Sequence record: MT446407.1
DNA: 64,000 nt
Reading direction: 5' to 3' (one strand)
DNA from: Escherichia virus TH34
Shown: piece after piece, positions 44,478 to 54,864 of the stretch
Position numbering within the stretch: position 1 is the first letter of the stretch
How the letters are laid out: every line of letters begins with the position of its first letter
The notes under the pieces: generated by a model
The model's input: the letters and a program-made list of their open reading frames with translations, nothing else
Told to the model about the DNA's origin: nothing
Database searches by the model: none
Position numbers and translations under genes: made by a program

Positions 44478-44739
44478 AGAAAGAGAAGTCTTTGAATCTA
44501 TGAATAAGGAAAACACCTATGATCAAGTATCTACGAAACAAGTTCTTCGCTTTAGCTATCGTAATTGGAGAGGTGAAATTGCAGACCGCTCCGTTGTTCC
44601 TATACGAACCTCAGTTGCTTCTTCCCGTTATCATAATGGGGGCAAACCTTGTTGGATAATGACCGCTTGGGACAATGACAAGAATGACATTCGAGAGTTT
44701 AAGCTCTCTGATATTATTAAGTATTATGATCTAATCTAG
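44437..44739 (+). CDS. hypothetical protein (100 aa)
   Basis: ATG 44437 with AAGGAAGAG upstream; track ORF 44380 is an overlapping extension. Confidence 0.35.
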   Translation: MMQDENLKNLETPEEREVFESMNKENTYDQVSTKQVLRFSYRNWRGEIADRSVVPIRTSVASSRYHNGGKPCWIMTAWDNDKNDIREFKLSDIIKYYDLI

Positions 44740-44810
44740 GAGGTCTTATGATTGACTTCGAAGAAGAAAATTGGGATGTATGATGAATTCGATGGATTCT
44801 AACATCTAGA

Positions 44811-44850
44811 AATAAAGAAGCCCCCTTCCTTTTCAGGTTGGGGGCTTTTC
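44811..44850. terminator. bidirectional intrinsic terminator at the convergent strand switch
   Basis: Stem GCCCCC / GGGGGC flanked by T-runs on both strands, between the rightward block and the leftward late block. Confidence 0.55.
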
Positions 44851-44854
44851 TCGT

Positions 44855-47800
44855 TTACTCCTTAGCTCGAACTCTAACACGGAGTTTAGCTTGACGCTTA
44901 CTTCTCTCCAACTTGTCAGACAGAGAACCACGTTTGACTTTCAACTCTCCCTCGTCATTATACTTCTCCAAGAACTGTAAATACTCTTGTCGAGTAGTTG
45001 TCTTGTAAGAAGGAATCTTAACATCAGGATTCTCTTCAATCACACGTCTAATCTTCGCCACATCATCCCGCCCTAAAAGTTTCCCTTTAGCTTGTTCAGC
45101 AGTAGAACCAAAGATTTTCTCCAGTGCTCTAGATTTGTTACCACCCGCTGAAGCAGCACCAAGTTTCGCAATAGCAGAGTAATCATCAGCACTAAACCAA
45201 GCCACTGGATTATCTCCATATTGTTTCTTGTTCTCCGCAGCAGTTTGTAAAGCACGCACAAAGCGACGGTTGTTACCAGCCTTATCAGCACCATGAACTC
45301 TATCTAGAACCTCTGCTACACTAGCCAGTTCCTGCAAGTCTTTACCTTCGATAAAAGCTTTCTCTGCTTTGTTAGCAAAGTCATCTTCCTGCTTCTTAAT
45401 GCTTTCCAGTATATCAGAGGAGGCTTGAGATCTTTCATCTTCCGGCAACGCCGAACGAACTTTCTCCATTTCCAACTCTTCATCCTGAAGTTTCTTCAAC
45501 TCAGAATCTACCTTCCTAGCATCTTCGATAGCTTTCGAAGTATCTGCATCTACCTCTACCTTCCCATCCATATCACCAGTTGCCTTAGCAATATCTTTCT
45601 CGATTGGTGTCATCTTCTCAAAATCCTTAGCAAACTTTGAAATATCCGACTCAATACGAGAACGAGCATTCTGGTGCTCAGTAGGAGTCATAGGTTTCTC
45701 CAGAAGAGAGTAACGGTTATCCATATAAGAACCTGCAAAGATTTCTGCATCTTCTTTAGGAATCCCTTTATCCTCCATAGAACGCATCAGGCGCTTATGA
45801 ATGTCATCACGTTGACGTTGTATTGCCATGCGATCGTTCTCTGCTTCCTGAGCTTCTTTGAGCTTCTTGTCACGTTGTACACGGGAATCAATGTCGTATT
45901 TACGGTTCATCTCTTCCGCCTGTTCGTACATCTTATTCCACTTAGCTTCTCGAGCATCTTCTTCCGCTTCAGTGAGACGACGCTTACGGTCGATGTAATC
46001 ACTTTCTGCGTTGTGGATACGTTCGATAATACTACGGAAACGCTCCGGTGGTACAGGAGAGTTTTTCTCGTGGTGAGCTGCTAACTGTTTCAGTGTACGA
46101 CCTTCCTGAGCCTCACGTACCGACTCTGGTAAATCTTTCAACAGGTTCTCCATCTCCGATTTCTGAGCCGCTATAGCCTCGAGAGACTGTCTTTCTGTCT
46201 CTACTGCTGCCTTGGCATCACTACGAGCTTTAGCCCTGTTACGGAGCGTCTCAAGACGTTCTTGACGTGCTTGCAAATGTTTAGCTGCTGCTTCGTACTG
46301 AGAGTTCTTATTAGCTTTGTTGAACATGTTAACTTCACGGTTATATGTGTTAATGAAGCCATCCCATATATCCTTCATCTGTCCCACTTCCAAAGCATCT
46401 TCCCTTCCAGCCTTCTCTGAAGCTTTAAACTTCCCATCTACAAAGTCTTCCATCAACTTACGCATAGCATCTTTTTGAGCTGGACGTAATGGCTCTGCAT
46501 CAAGAAGTAGATTGATTTCGCTGTGTAACTCTTTCTTCTGGTCAACCAGCTTAGGAGCATCAGCTTTATCAAGCTTTTTATTCTCTGCAAGAGCTTCTTC
46601 ATACATCCTATTAAACTCATCATCACGTTGTTTCTGATACAGACGTTCAGACCTACGCTTCAGTGAATCTAGACTAGTCACGTTTCCTCCAATACCTTTC
46701 TCCTCAGCACGTAATGCCTTGGTAGCAATATCAGAAGGTAGACCACGTTCCTTAACCCAATCAGCAAACGAAGAACGAACACGTTGTGACTTAGCAGCAG
46801 CAATACCCTGTTGAGAAGCAAGCTGGTTACGAGCCATCTCAGCATGGCGTTCAGCATTGTTAGCTTGGTCTTCCTGACGGATACGACGCATCAACTCTTT
46901 CGGGTCGCCTTTATAAGAAAGGAAGTTCTCAGCTGTGGCTTTAGCCTTAGCACCTGCCGTATACAGAGAACGAGCAAAGCGATCTGCACGATCTTTAGTA
47001 GCTTGACGGGCAGCACTTGACATAGCAGCCAGACGCTCTATTCCAGTAGCTGGTTTAACAGGCTCAGGCTCAATCTCAGGAGCTTTAGGAGCACGGGTAG
47101 GTAATGGCTCAGCTTGAACTGTAGGCTCCTCAGGAACGCTCTCAGCAGCCTTGCTAGCCTCTTCTGCTTCTTGACGTTTACGAGCTTCTGCAACAGCACG
47201 ACGTTGGGCAACTAAATCCCTTGCGGTAGTAACTGGTTCTTGTGGAACTGGCTCTGGAGTTGGTTCTTCCTGAACCCTGTTAGCTTCGGCTTCTTGACGT
47301 CTAGCTTCAGCTTCCTTCAAAGCACGTCTCTGTGCGACCAAATCACGAGCAGTTAAAGGAGAGGTTTCTGGAGAGGAAATTTCTTCCGTCACAGTAGTAG
47401 CAGAAGGCTCCCGAACCGGTTCGATTTCCGTGTCATTTTGAGTCTTAAATTTAATGTCATCAACTTCAGGTTCTTTCTCCATCGCAGCACGGGCTTCATC
47501 AGCCTGAGCACGAGCACGAGTTACTTCCATATCACTACGAGCAAGAGAACGAATAGCTTCACTGTTAGCAGCCTGCTGGCTTTCGCGTTGAGAGCGAGCA
47601 CGGTCAGAACGGAAACGGTTAAGAACATGCTTAGCAGCACCAAGAGGATTCTTAATCAGAACTGGAGGAGCAGCTTCTTTAAAACCATCAGCAGTCAGAG
47701 AAGTCCAACCACGGTCTTGATTACTCATTAACTTAGCTGTATTATTCAGAGTGAAAGCATCTTGGATTGGGTTGAAACCTTCAGGCATTCCTTTAAGTTT

Positions 47801-49273
47801 CTTCAAACCACCAATAGCAGTTTTCATTTCTGGAGATACATTATCAGCCAGTTTCTGAAGCTCTGTAGCTTTCTCTATGAAGTTATTAAAGTCTTCACCA
47901 TCACGAGCTTTGAATCGATTAGCTTCGTTATAGAAAGTTTTATAAGCATCAATGAAATCACGATCTGCTTGGGTACGATTCTTAATGTCCATAGCACTAC
48001 CAGTAAAATCACCACTGGCACGAGCAGCTATTAATTCACGATCAAGATTATCCAGAACATCAGACAGAGATTTAGTGTTGTCTTTTGTATAATCAGCCAT
48101 TGCATCTTTCATTGCCACAGCTTGTTTCTGGTTATGTTCGTTGTCTGCGTTAGCTTTACCTTGCTTTTTATTAGGAGCAGCAAGAGGATTTAAACCCGGA
48201 ACATTAGAACGATCTTCCAGAATAGTAGCAGCCTTCTCAGCACGACTTTGATCAGTATTAAGGATACGCTGAGCAGCAGGGGAGTCCATAGCCACAGCAT
48301 CAGTAACACGGAAACCGTTCTCATCGAGGAGGTTAAGAGCGGAAGCTGTGTTAGCGTTATCAGCTTTAGAGTAAGCCTCTCTTAGTTCGTCTGCATTTTT
48401 AGCTGAGCGAATAGCTTCATCTTCAGCGGCAATGTCAGTCTTAACGTGTTCTGGAGTACGGTCAAAGACTTGAGGACTAGGACGACTTATCAATCCATGA
48501 ACCCCACCGATAGCCCCACCGTAAGCAGCACCCATCGCACCTTCTTCTACAGCACCTTCAATAATGTTAGCAAGAGTAGTGTCATCACCATATTTGTTCT
48601 GTGCTTCAGCAGCACCTACAAGAGCACCACCTTTAGCACCAGCCACTGCGTTAGATGCTACACTCTGACCAACACGACCTAGAGTAGTAGAAGCAGTTCC
48701 TGTCATCCCCGGAAGAATCTTCTGAGCTGCAAAGTTAGCACCACCAACTAGACCAGCATCAAGAACAGACTTCTCTTCACCCTCTTCTGGAGTTTGGTCC
48801 GCATAAGCCCTACCTGTTTCACGAGCTGCAATAACAGCAGCAGCTACAGCTGGGTTAGCGACCGTAAGACCGATATCAGCGGCAACGCCAGCATACTGAC
48901 CTACAGATTTACCTACACCATCTTCGATTTGAGAAAGACGTTCTTCTAGTAAGTTTTTAGAGTTGTCTTGAATACGCTTACCATAACTTGTCTGTGTACC
49001 AGCTAGATTTTCTCCAATCTCAACTAATCCACCAATACCTCTAGCAGCACTAGCTGCAATGTTTGCACCACCTGATTGAATAGCGTTGGACACACCTTGG
49101 GCAAAATCACCAACCAACCCCGGTTGCTCTTCTTGTTTAGGAGCTGGAGCAGCCTCAGGAATCGTTCCACCCGCTGCTTTATACTGTTCTCGCATCTGAG
49201 ACTGTTGCTCAGGGGAGGCATTCAAATACGCAGGGCTTTTAGAAGCTTCTTCCCACGGTTTTAAGTTAGCCAT
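44855..49273 (-). CDS. giant virion-associated protein (1472 aa; ejection/internal-protein or tape-measure-like)
   Basis: RBS AAGGAG; Gly/Ala-rich N-terminal segment followed by very long charged alpha-helical region with repeated ARDLVAQRRA blocks. Confidence 0.6.
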   Translation of the reverse strand: MANLKPWEEASKSPAYLNASPEQQSQMREQYKAAGGTIPEAAPAPKQEEQPGLVGDFAQGVSNAIQSGGANIAASAARGIGGLVEIGENLAGTQTSYGKRIQDNSKNLLEERLSQIEDGVGKSVGQYAGVAADIGLTVANPAVAAAVIAARETGRAYADQTPEEGEEKSVLDAGLVGGANFAAQKILPGMTGTASTTLGRVGQSVASNAVAGAKGGALVGAAEAQNKYGDDTTLANIIEGAVEEGAMGAAYGGAIGGVHGLISRPSPQVFDRTPEHVKTDIAAEDEAIRSAKNADELREAYSKADNANTASALNLLDENGFRVTDAVAMDSPAAQRILNTDQSRAEKAATILEDRSNVPGLNPLAAPNKKQGKANADNEHNQKQAVAMKDAMADYTKDNTKSLSDVLDNLDRELIAARASGDFTGSAMDIKNRTQADRDFIDAYKTFYNEANRFKARDGEDFNNFIEKATELQKLADNVSPEMKTAIGGLKKLKGMPEGFNPIQDAFTLNNTAKLMSNQDRGWTSLTADGFKEAAPPVLIKNPLGAAKHVLNRFRSDRARSQRESQQAANSEAIRSLARSDMEVTRARAQADEARAAMEKEPEVDDIKFKTQNDTEIEPVREPSATTVTEEISSPETSPLTARDLVAQRRALKEAEARRQEAEANRVQEEPTPEPVPQEPVTTARDLVAQRRAVAEARKRQEAEEASKAAESVPEEPTVQAEPLPTRAPKAPEIEPEPVKPATGIERLAAMSSAARQATKDRADRFARSLYTAGAKAKATAENFLSYKGDPKELMRRIRQEDQANNAERHAEMARNQLASQQGIAAAKSQRVRSSFADWVKERGLPSDIATKALRAEEKGIGGNVTSLDSLKRRSERLYQKQRDDEFNRMYEEALAENKKLDKADAPKLVDQKKELHSEINLLLDAEPLRPAQKDAMRKLMEDFVDGKFKASEKAGREDALEVGQMKDIWDGFINTYNREVNMFNKANKNSQYEAAAKHLQARQERLETLRNRAKARSDAKAAVETERQSLEAIAAQKSEMENLLKDLPESVREAQEGRTLKQLAAHHEKNSPVPPERFRSIIERIHNAESDYIDRKRRLTEAEEDAREAKWNKMYEQAEEMNRKYDIDSRVQRDKKLKEAQEAENDRMAIQRQRDDIHKRLMRSMEDKGIPKEDAEIFAGSYMDNRYSLLEKPMTPTEHQNARSRIESDISKFAKDFEKMTPIEKDIAKATGDMDGKVEVDADTSKAIEDARKVDSELKKLQDEELEMEKVRSALPEDERSQASSDILESIKKQEDDFANKAEKAFIEGKDLQELASVAEVLDRVHGADKAGNNRRFVRALQTAAENKKQYGDNPVAWFSADDYSAIAKLGAASAGGNKSRALEKIFGSTAEQAKGKLLGRDDVAKIRRVIEENPDVKIPSYKTTTRQEYLQFLEKYNDEGELKVKRGSLSDKLERSKRQAKLRVRVRAKE

Positions 49274-49306
49274 AATTTCTCCTTATAAATAAAAATGTCC
49301 TACCTC

Positions 49307-49318
49307 CTATATACATTA
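49307..49318 (-). promoter_or_regulatory. TAATGTATATAG element (candidate phage-specific promoter)
   Basis: Exact 12-mer on minus strand 33 nt upstream of the 1472-aa gene start. Confidence 0.35.
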
Positions 49319-49338
49319 TAAGAGATAGGACTTAGGTC

Positions 49339-50970
49339 TTACTGAGTCATCCAATCAGTGTTAGAAGACAAAGCACCATTAAGTTTAGGATTGGTTGCTG
49401 AACCACCAACAGCTGCTTCAGACTCTGCTTCGAATACACCGAGAGGGTCATAGAAACCAGCAGAAGGAATAGCTCGGTTAACAAGAGCAGTTGCACGTTT
49501 CTTGTCCATACCAGAACCAACATAAGCTTCAATAGTTGCTTTCTTAGAATCCTTAACACCTTTCTCAGCAGAAGAAGCACCAACAGTTGCTTGCTTACGG
49601 GCATAGGAAAGAGCGGCATCGGATGGACGATAACCAGCTTTAAGAGACCAAGTGTTACCTACCTTAACAAGAATGGATGGGTCTTCTGCGAAGTGTGACA
49701 AGTCATCAGCTTGCAGAGAACGGTTAGCGCCAATCTCAGCTCTTGCGGAGTTCATAATAGCCTGCATGTAAGCAGAACGAGCAGTCTGATAATCACCATC
49801 CTTAACTGCTTTGTCTGCCAAATCCAAGTCTTTATGAGACTGGTTAAACAGTCCTGCCTTCTCTGCCCACTGTTTAGCAACCGTACCTTCAGCAGTGTTC
49901 TGAGCAAGACGAACTTCTTTCGGGTTAAAGTTAAAACTTTGAGCAGCTTGTTCTGCACGGTCTGCCTTAACTTGATCACGATAACCAATCAACTCTTTCT
50001 GTTTCTCAAACTGAGCATCAGCACGTTGTTCAGCAGCACGACGAGTTTCAGCAGCACGTTCCCGCATCGAATTCTCTTGAATCTGTTGACGTCTGTCCCA
50101 CTCTTGATTAGCACGAGCTTCGTCTTGAGCGGCTAGAGCCACCTTCTCTTGAGGACTAATCTGACGCATCTTCAGAAGAGAAGGATCACCAGCAGCTACA
50201 GCAGCAGCTACAGAATCCTGAGAGTAACCTTGTTCGATCAGGTTATCACGGTTCAGTTCTAATTGTTGTTTAGCTTCATCCTGAGATGCCATACCAGAGC
50301 CAATCTGGAATGCCTCAATCGGAGATTTACCAGACATAATAGAAAGACCCACACCCATCAATCCTGTATAGAAACTAGAGTTTTGATAGAAAGGCTGTTT
50401 CTGCATAGTCTTCCACGCATCTGCTGGGTTCTTAGATTGTGCAACTTTAAGAATATCCTGATTCACACGTTCCTGATCAGCAGCACGAGTAGCACCGCTC
50501 ATACCTTCACCCTGAGGAACACCAGAAGCGATAGTATTCATGACACCTTGTGCCTGTTGTACTTGTTCAGGGGCAAACTCTTTATCTGACTCTTCAATTG
50601 GTTTAGCAGGAGCTGTAACCGGAAGAGGGCTAGAAGCAGGAGCTACATCAGCAGGAATCATAGAGCCTTCATCACCCGGATTAATGCCAGCATCAATACC
50701 AGCCAAACTAGTAGGAGTGGAAATACCCTGCTGTTCATAAAGACGTTGCTTGAATCCCGGATTCATCATAGCTTCTTGGTCAGCCTGTGCTTGTTCAACT
50801 GTAGCTCCTAAGACAGCAGGAAGAGCTGGACGCTGATACATAGATAAGTCAGCTGCTGGACCAGCAGGTCTGGACATGTAAGGAGAGGCCGTAACCCCTC
50901 TCTGACGATCACCATAAATCTGATTTCGCGGGTCTTGACTACGAAGATACGCGTAAGATGTTTGTTGCAT
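49339..50970 (-). CDS. virion structural/internal protein (543 aa)
   Basis: RBS AGGAG; Ala/Gln-rich, partly low-complexity. Confidence 0.55.
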   Translation of the reverse strand: MQQTSYAYLRSQDPRNQIYGDRQRGVTASPYMSRPAGPAADLSMYQRPALPAVLGATVEQAQADQEAMMNPGFKQRLYEQQGISTPTSLAGIDAGINPGDEGSMIPADVAPASSPLPVTAPAKPIEESDKEFAPEQVQQAQGVMNTIASGVPQGEGMSGATRAADQERVNQDILKVAQSKNPADAWKTMQKQPFYQNSSFYTGLMGVGLSIMSGKSPIEAFQIGSGMASQDEAKQQLELNRDNLIEQGYSQDSVAAAVAAGDPSLLKMRQISPQEKVALAAQDEARANQEWDRRQQIQENSMRERAAETRRAAEQRADAQFEKQKELIGYRDQVKADRAEQAAQSFNFNPKEVRLAQNTAEGTVAKQWAEKAGLFNQSHKDLDLADKAVKDGDYQTARSAYMQAIMNSARAEIGANRSLQADDLSHFAEDPSILVKVGNTWSLKAGYRPSDAALSYARKQATVGASSAEKGVKDSKKATIEAYVGSGMDKKRATALVNRAIPSAGFYDPLGVFEAESEAAVGGSATNPKLNGALSSNTDWMTQ

Positions 50971-50984
50971 AATTAATCTCCTAA

Positions 50985-51953
50985 TTAAGAACTAGCCAAC
51001 CCACCGATAACCCCACCTGCTAACGCACCCCAAGGTCCGAAGGAAGAGCCTGCTGCTGCGCCACTCATAGCACCACCTAAGAAACCACTCCCACCACCTG
51101 AAACCTTATTAGTAGTTGTAGTACCTAAAGCACCGTTGAGAACACCAGCTGCACCGAGTTGGTTGTTAATGTCTTGCCAGCCCCAATTGGCTGCATTCTG
51201 AGCATTTGTATAAGCATTATCCAGACCAGCTTGTTGCTGTTGCTGTTGCTGCAAACCTGCTGCCCACTGATTCTGCATCTGCTGCTGAGATAGTTGACCT
51301 GCTTGGGTTCCTAAATTAGATAAAGAACTACCAATTCCAGAGAGTCCACTTAGAGCAGAAGCTTGAGATTGTCTATTACCTGACAGAATGCTTTGAGCTT
51401 GATTAAGAGCTGAATCATAAGCACTGTTGGTAATATTGGTTGCTGTGTTCTGCATCTGATTAAGAGCATCACCTTGAGCAAAAGATTTAGCCATTCTAGC
51501 ACCTGAACCTTGCTGTCCAGCATATTGCTGAGCCAACTGAGGTAGAGCATTACGAGCCAAATCCTGTTGTGTCTGTTCATTGTTAGCTGTAATAGCAGCC
51601 TGAACAGCTTCATCGTCATAGAGCTGACCAGCCAAGGCACCAATCTGTTCACCAGTAATTTGACCAGAGTTAGATAGGTTGTTATAGCCTGAATTGGCTT
51701 GGTCGAGATACCCCAGACCAGATTGAGCAGCATCCATATATTGAGAAGACAGAGCACCAAGTGCTCCTGATTGAGAAAGGTTATTCAGAGCCTCAGTTTG
51801 GTTCTGATTGAAACCTACATTATCTCTATAAACATAATCGCCTGAACTTGTGTTATTCACCTGATTAACCAGTTGGTCAATATAGGATTGAATATATTCA
51901 GGTCTTGTCATTTTGGAAGTAGAAGAGCTACTCCCTCCACCGAATAAAGCCAT
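50985..51953 (-). CDS. Gln/Asn/Gly/Ala-rich virion protein, paralog A
   Basis: RBS AAGGAGGG; begins MALFGGG; similar composition to the next gene. Confidence 0.55.
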   Translation of the reverse strand: MALFGGGSSSSTSKMTRPEYIQSYIDQLVNQVNNTSSGDYVYRDNVGFNQNQTEALNNLSQSGALGALSSQYMDAAQSGLGYLDQANSGYNNLSNSGQITGEQIGALAGQLYDDEAVQAAITANNEQTQQDLARNALPQLAQQYAGQQGSGARMAKSFAQGDALNQMQNTATNITNSAYDSALNQAQSILSGNRQSQASALSGLSGIGSSLSNLGTQAGQLSQQQMQNQWAAGLQQQQQQQAGLDNAYTNAQNAANWGWQDINNQLGAAGVLNGALGTTTTNKVSGGGSGFLGGAMSGAAAGSSFGPWGALAGGVIGGLASS

Positions 51954-51962
51954 AAACCCTCC

Positions 51963-53012
51963 TTAGTTTGCCCCGAAGGCACCTAGAACACCACCCAAAA
52001 TATTACTCCCAGCTGTAGACAACCAGTTATTCTGATTACTCTGATTGGACAGGTTAGACCCACCGATCATAGGACCAGCCATACCAGATTGACCACCCGA
52101 AGCATTATAAGAGTTCCAAGCATTCTGAGTTTGTTGACTAGGAGTGAAAGCACCCAATCTACCAGCAATACCTAGACCAGTCACTCCAGCACCAAGAATT
52201 TGCTGGGATGTGTTAGGAGAGGCTCCTTTATTAGTAATTGTATAACCAGCCATAGGGCTTACTGAGTTTAATACATTTAATTGGTTGTTGAGTTGATTCC
52301 ATCCGTACTGTTGACTGCCAATAGCATTCTGCCAATTAAGGTCAGCTTGAGCCTGATCTTGCTGCTGTTGTAAGTTGCCAGCAGTAAGTTGATTCTGGAT
52401 AGCCTGTTGAGCTGCCTGAGTGCCTTGAGAGCCAAGGTTAAGGTTTTGTCCAGCCAACCCTGTTTGTGCGTTCAGAAGGCCTTGCTGGAAGGAACTGTTA
52501 GACCTTAAAGCGTCAACACCTAAGTTCTTACCAGAGATAGTACGAGATAGGTTGGTATTAGCAGAATTCAAAGCAGCACCCTGAGCAGCAGCCCTACGAA
52601 GAGACCCTGAATCAGAACCATTACCAAGAGATACGTTAGATGCAGCCTTTCCTGTTGCTTGAGCCAGTGCAGAACTATTTAAACCAGAACTGAACTTGTT
52701 AACATCATTAGCGCTGATTGAGCTGTTAGCCAAGTCTTGATATCTCTGAGCCAAAGTGTTCATCTGATCCAGACCTTGTTGTGTCCGAGGAGTGTACATA
52801 TTACTCAGTTGATTCAAGGTGGAAGAGTTAGCTAAGTTGGATAGAGCAGCTTGTTGGTTAGGGTTAAGGCCAGCTAGTTGCTGAGAAATAAATCCAGCAT
52901 CATTACTGTTCATGTTCTGAGCGTTAGCTACAATCTGTTTTAACAGAGCATCAACCTGAGAGGATGGAGCCACTGTAGTTTTAGTCTTAGAAGCAGACCC
53001 GAATAAAGACAT
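51963..53012 (-). CDS. Gln/Asn/Gly/Ala-rich virion protein, paralog B
   Basis: RBS AAGGAGG; begins MSLFGSA. Confidence 0.55.
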   Translation of the reverse strand: MSLFGSASKTKTTVAPSSQVDALLKQIVANAQNMNSNDAGFISQQLAGLNPNQQAALSNLANSSTLNQLSNMYTPRTQQGLDQMNTLAQRYQDLANSSISANDVNKFSSGLNSSALAQATGKAASNVSLGNGSDSGSLRRAAAQGAALNSANTNLSRTISGKNLGVDALRSNSSFQQGLLNAQTGLAGQNLNLGSQGTQAAQQAIQNQLTAGNLQQQQDQAQADLNWQNAIGSQQYGWNQLNNQLNVLNSVSPMAGYTITNKGASPNTSQQILGAGVTGLGIAGRLGAFTPSQQTQNAWNSYNASGGQSGMAGPMIGGSNLSNQSNQNNWLSTAGSNILGGVLGAFGAN

Positions 53013-53024
53013 ACGTCCTCCTTA

Positions 53025-53819
53025 TTATTTAATAACACCAACACTTGCCAAACGTCTAAGAACGGCTTGTGTCTGTGGGCTGTATTGAGAACCTGCTTGA
53101 GTTGGTGCATGTGCTCTCTGAACTGTTTGAGACTTAGGAGCCTTTCCTGCTAACATCGCAGCAGCAGCTAGTGCAGCATTACCGAAGTTCTGTTGTGGTT
53201 TCTGATCTTCCCCAGCCTCTGCTACATCATCAGAATAAAACTCAGCAGGAGAACCTCCTAGAGCGCCTGTCTTAGCAGCAGCAATCTCAGCTTGAGTAGG
53301 AGCATTAGCAGCACCTTCTTTAGTAACCAACTCAGGAGAGAACTGGTTCACTGGCTGTGCTGATTGTAAAGCCCCAACCGGATTAGCCACCTGACCAGCA
53401 GCATCATTAGCTGTATAGAAAGGAAGGAAGTTCTTATTGTTCATAGAATCCAAGGCTTGAGGTGTAAACCCCTTCTTACCAGCGAACATTTGTTTTGCTC
53501 CACCAGTCCCTTCAGAGTATCCCACCATAGCTTTCTTCACATCACCATTAAAAGCTTTCAAATTATCACGAATATATCTAGCACCCATGTCAATGTTTTT
53601 GGCTGGGTCTAAACGATCTTCTAGTTTGTATCCATAGTCTTTAGCCAACCCTTTACTGATTTGCATTAAACCTACTGGCCCTGTACCTGATGCAACAGAA
53701 GGTCTACCACTAGACTCCCTCTGAATGACCGCATGGATAAGAGCAGCAGGAATGCCATACTTCTTAGAAGCTTGCTGGACCATAGGGTCAAGCTCAGACA
53801 CTCCCATGCGTATTGTCAT
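53025..53819 (-). CDS. soluble lytic transglycosylase (SLT) domain virion protein
   Basis: RESSGRPSVASGTGPVGLMQIS matches the SLT catalytic motif; RBS AAGGAGG. Confidence 0.6.
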   Translation of the reverse strand: MTIRMGVSELDPMVQQASKKYGIPAALIHAVIQRESSGRPSVASGTGPVGLMQISKGLAKDYGYKLEDRLDPAKNIDMGARYIRDNLKAFNGDVKKAMVGYSEGTGGAKQMFAGKKGFTPQALDSMNNKNFLPFYTANDAAGQVANPVGALQSAQPVNQFSPELVTKEGAANAPTQAEIAAAKTGALGGSPAEFYSDDVAEAGEDQKPQQNFGNAALAAAAMLAGKAPKSQTVQRAHAPTQAGSQYSPQTQAVLRRLASVGVIK

Positions 53820-53831
53820 AAATCCTCCTTA

Positions 53832-54863
53832 TTATAGACCCGCAAAAACTTTAGCCGCATTTATTACCGGAATTGATATATTAATGGCAGAGTTAGAACC
53901 TAGGTCATAATTAGTAGACCACTGGAACATGTACCTACCATAGCCAGTTCCTATAGAAGATCCTGTCATTACATGAGATCTCATTTGCTGATAGTACCAA
54001 CCACTACCACTACCCCGAATAGCACCTACCCCAGAGGAGAGTGGTATCATTGGGTATGCCATACCAGTATCACCTCCAGCAGAACCTACAAAATTATCAA
54101 CAGTAAAAGGTGTTCTATTAGTAGAGAACACACACTGAGTTGTTCCGGGAGAATAAATATTTAATCCACCATTGTGCTCAGGAACTCCTGCTCCATTACA
54201 GAATACTGCGACCCTAGCAAATACAGAACCGCCTTCGTTAGAGTTTCCGTTATTATAAGATCTGTTCTGATATACACGGATTACTCTATCTCCAGATGTA
54301 TAAGAAAGGCCAACCCCTCCATCAGACCAGTTAGCAAAGACTACAGCATTAGGCATATAAAACCCACCAATGTCAGGAATCTGTAAAGCGCCGTTTATAG
54401 TCCCTTGCCAAGCCCAAATACACTGACCAACAACACCAGCATCAGAGATAGAGAAGTAATCAGCTGTATTAGAGAAGGTAATACCATAATTTCTGTCAGC
54501 TCTTGGGTAGATTTGGTAAACGTTAAACCCACAATCGAACAGGGGGTTACTTCCGGGATTCTGGTTTAAGTTAACTCTGAAAGAGGAGTTATTCTCTACA
54601 TAAATGTTATTAACACAATAAACATCAGGAACCAAGTTAGGAGGAACTTCCCACTGCCAGCACAGAGATCCAGTAGGGACGATAATTATCTGACCGCTAC
54701 CATCCCAACCATTAATAGGGAAAGATCTCCCACCCCCATTAAAGTTGAAACTCCCACTAATAGAGTTCTTAATCTGAGGGAATGTACTCCCACTATCAAT
54801 AAACAAAGGAGCCGGAGAGGCTGGCCCCGGTCCTACAGGTTGACACCATATTCCATATGCCAT
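53832..54863 (-). CDS. tail/receptor-binding-type structural protein (343 aa)
   Basis: Gly/Asn/Ser-rich beta-type sequence; late operon position. Confidence 0.5.
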   Translation of the reverse strand: MAYGIWCQPVGPGPASPAPLFIDSGSTFPQIKNSISGSFNFNGGGRSFPINGWDGSGQIIIVPTGSLCWQWEVPPNLVPDVYCVNNIYVENNSSFRVNLNQNPGSNPLFDCGFNVYQIYPRADRNYGITFSNTADYFSISDAGVVGQCIWAWQGTINGALQIPDIGGFYMPNAVVFANWSDGGVGLSYTSGDRVIRVYQNRSYNNGNSNEGGSVFARVAVFCNGAGVPEHNGGLNIYSPGTTQCVFSTNRTPFTVDNFVGSAGGDTGMAYPMIPLSSGVGAIRGSGSGWYYQQMRSHVMTGSSIGTGYGRYMFQWSTNYDLGSNSAINISIPVINAAKVFAGL

Positions 54864-54864
54864 A

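Noticed and set aside
45425-48682. Several plus-strand ORFs (71-136 codons) antisense to the 1472-aa minus-strand gene; similar antisense ORFs inside other late genes (e.g. 49711..50136, 56303..56641, 57089..57730, 61060..61437)
   Set aside because: Typical shadow ORFs opposite long genes; Ser/Leu/Phe-rich low-complexity translations and no RBS.
44855-49273. Calling the 1472-aa protein a tape measure protein
   Set aside because: The helical charged composition fits a tape measure, but the neighbouring SLT-domain and low-complexity internal-type proteins fit a podovirus ejection apparatus equally well; left as a generic virion protein.
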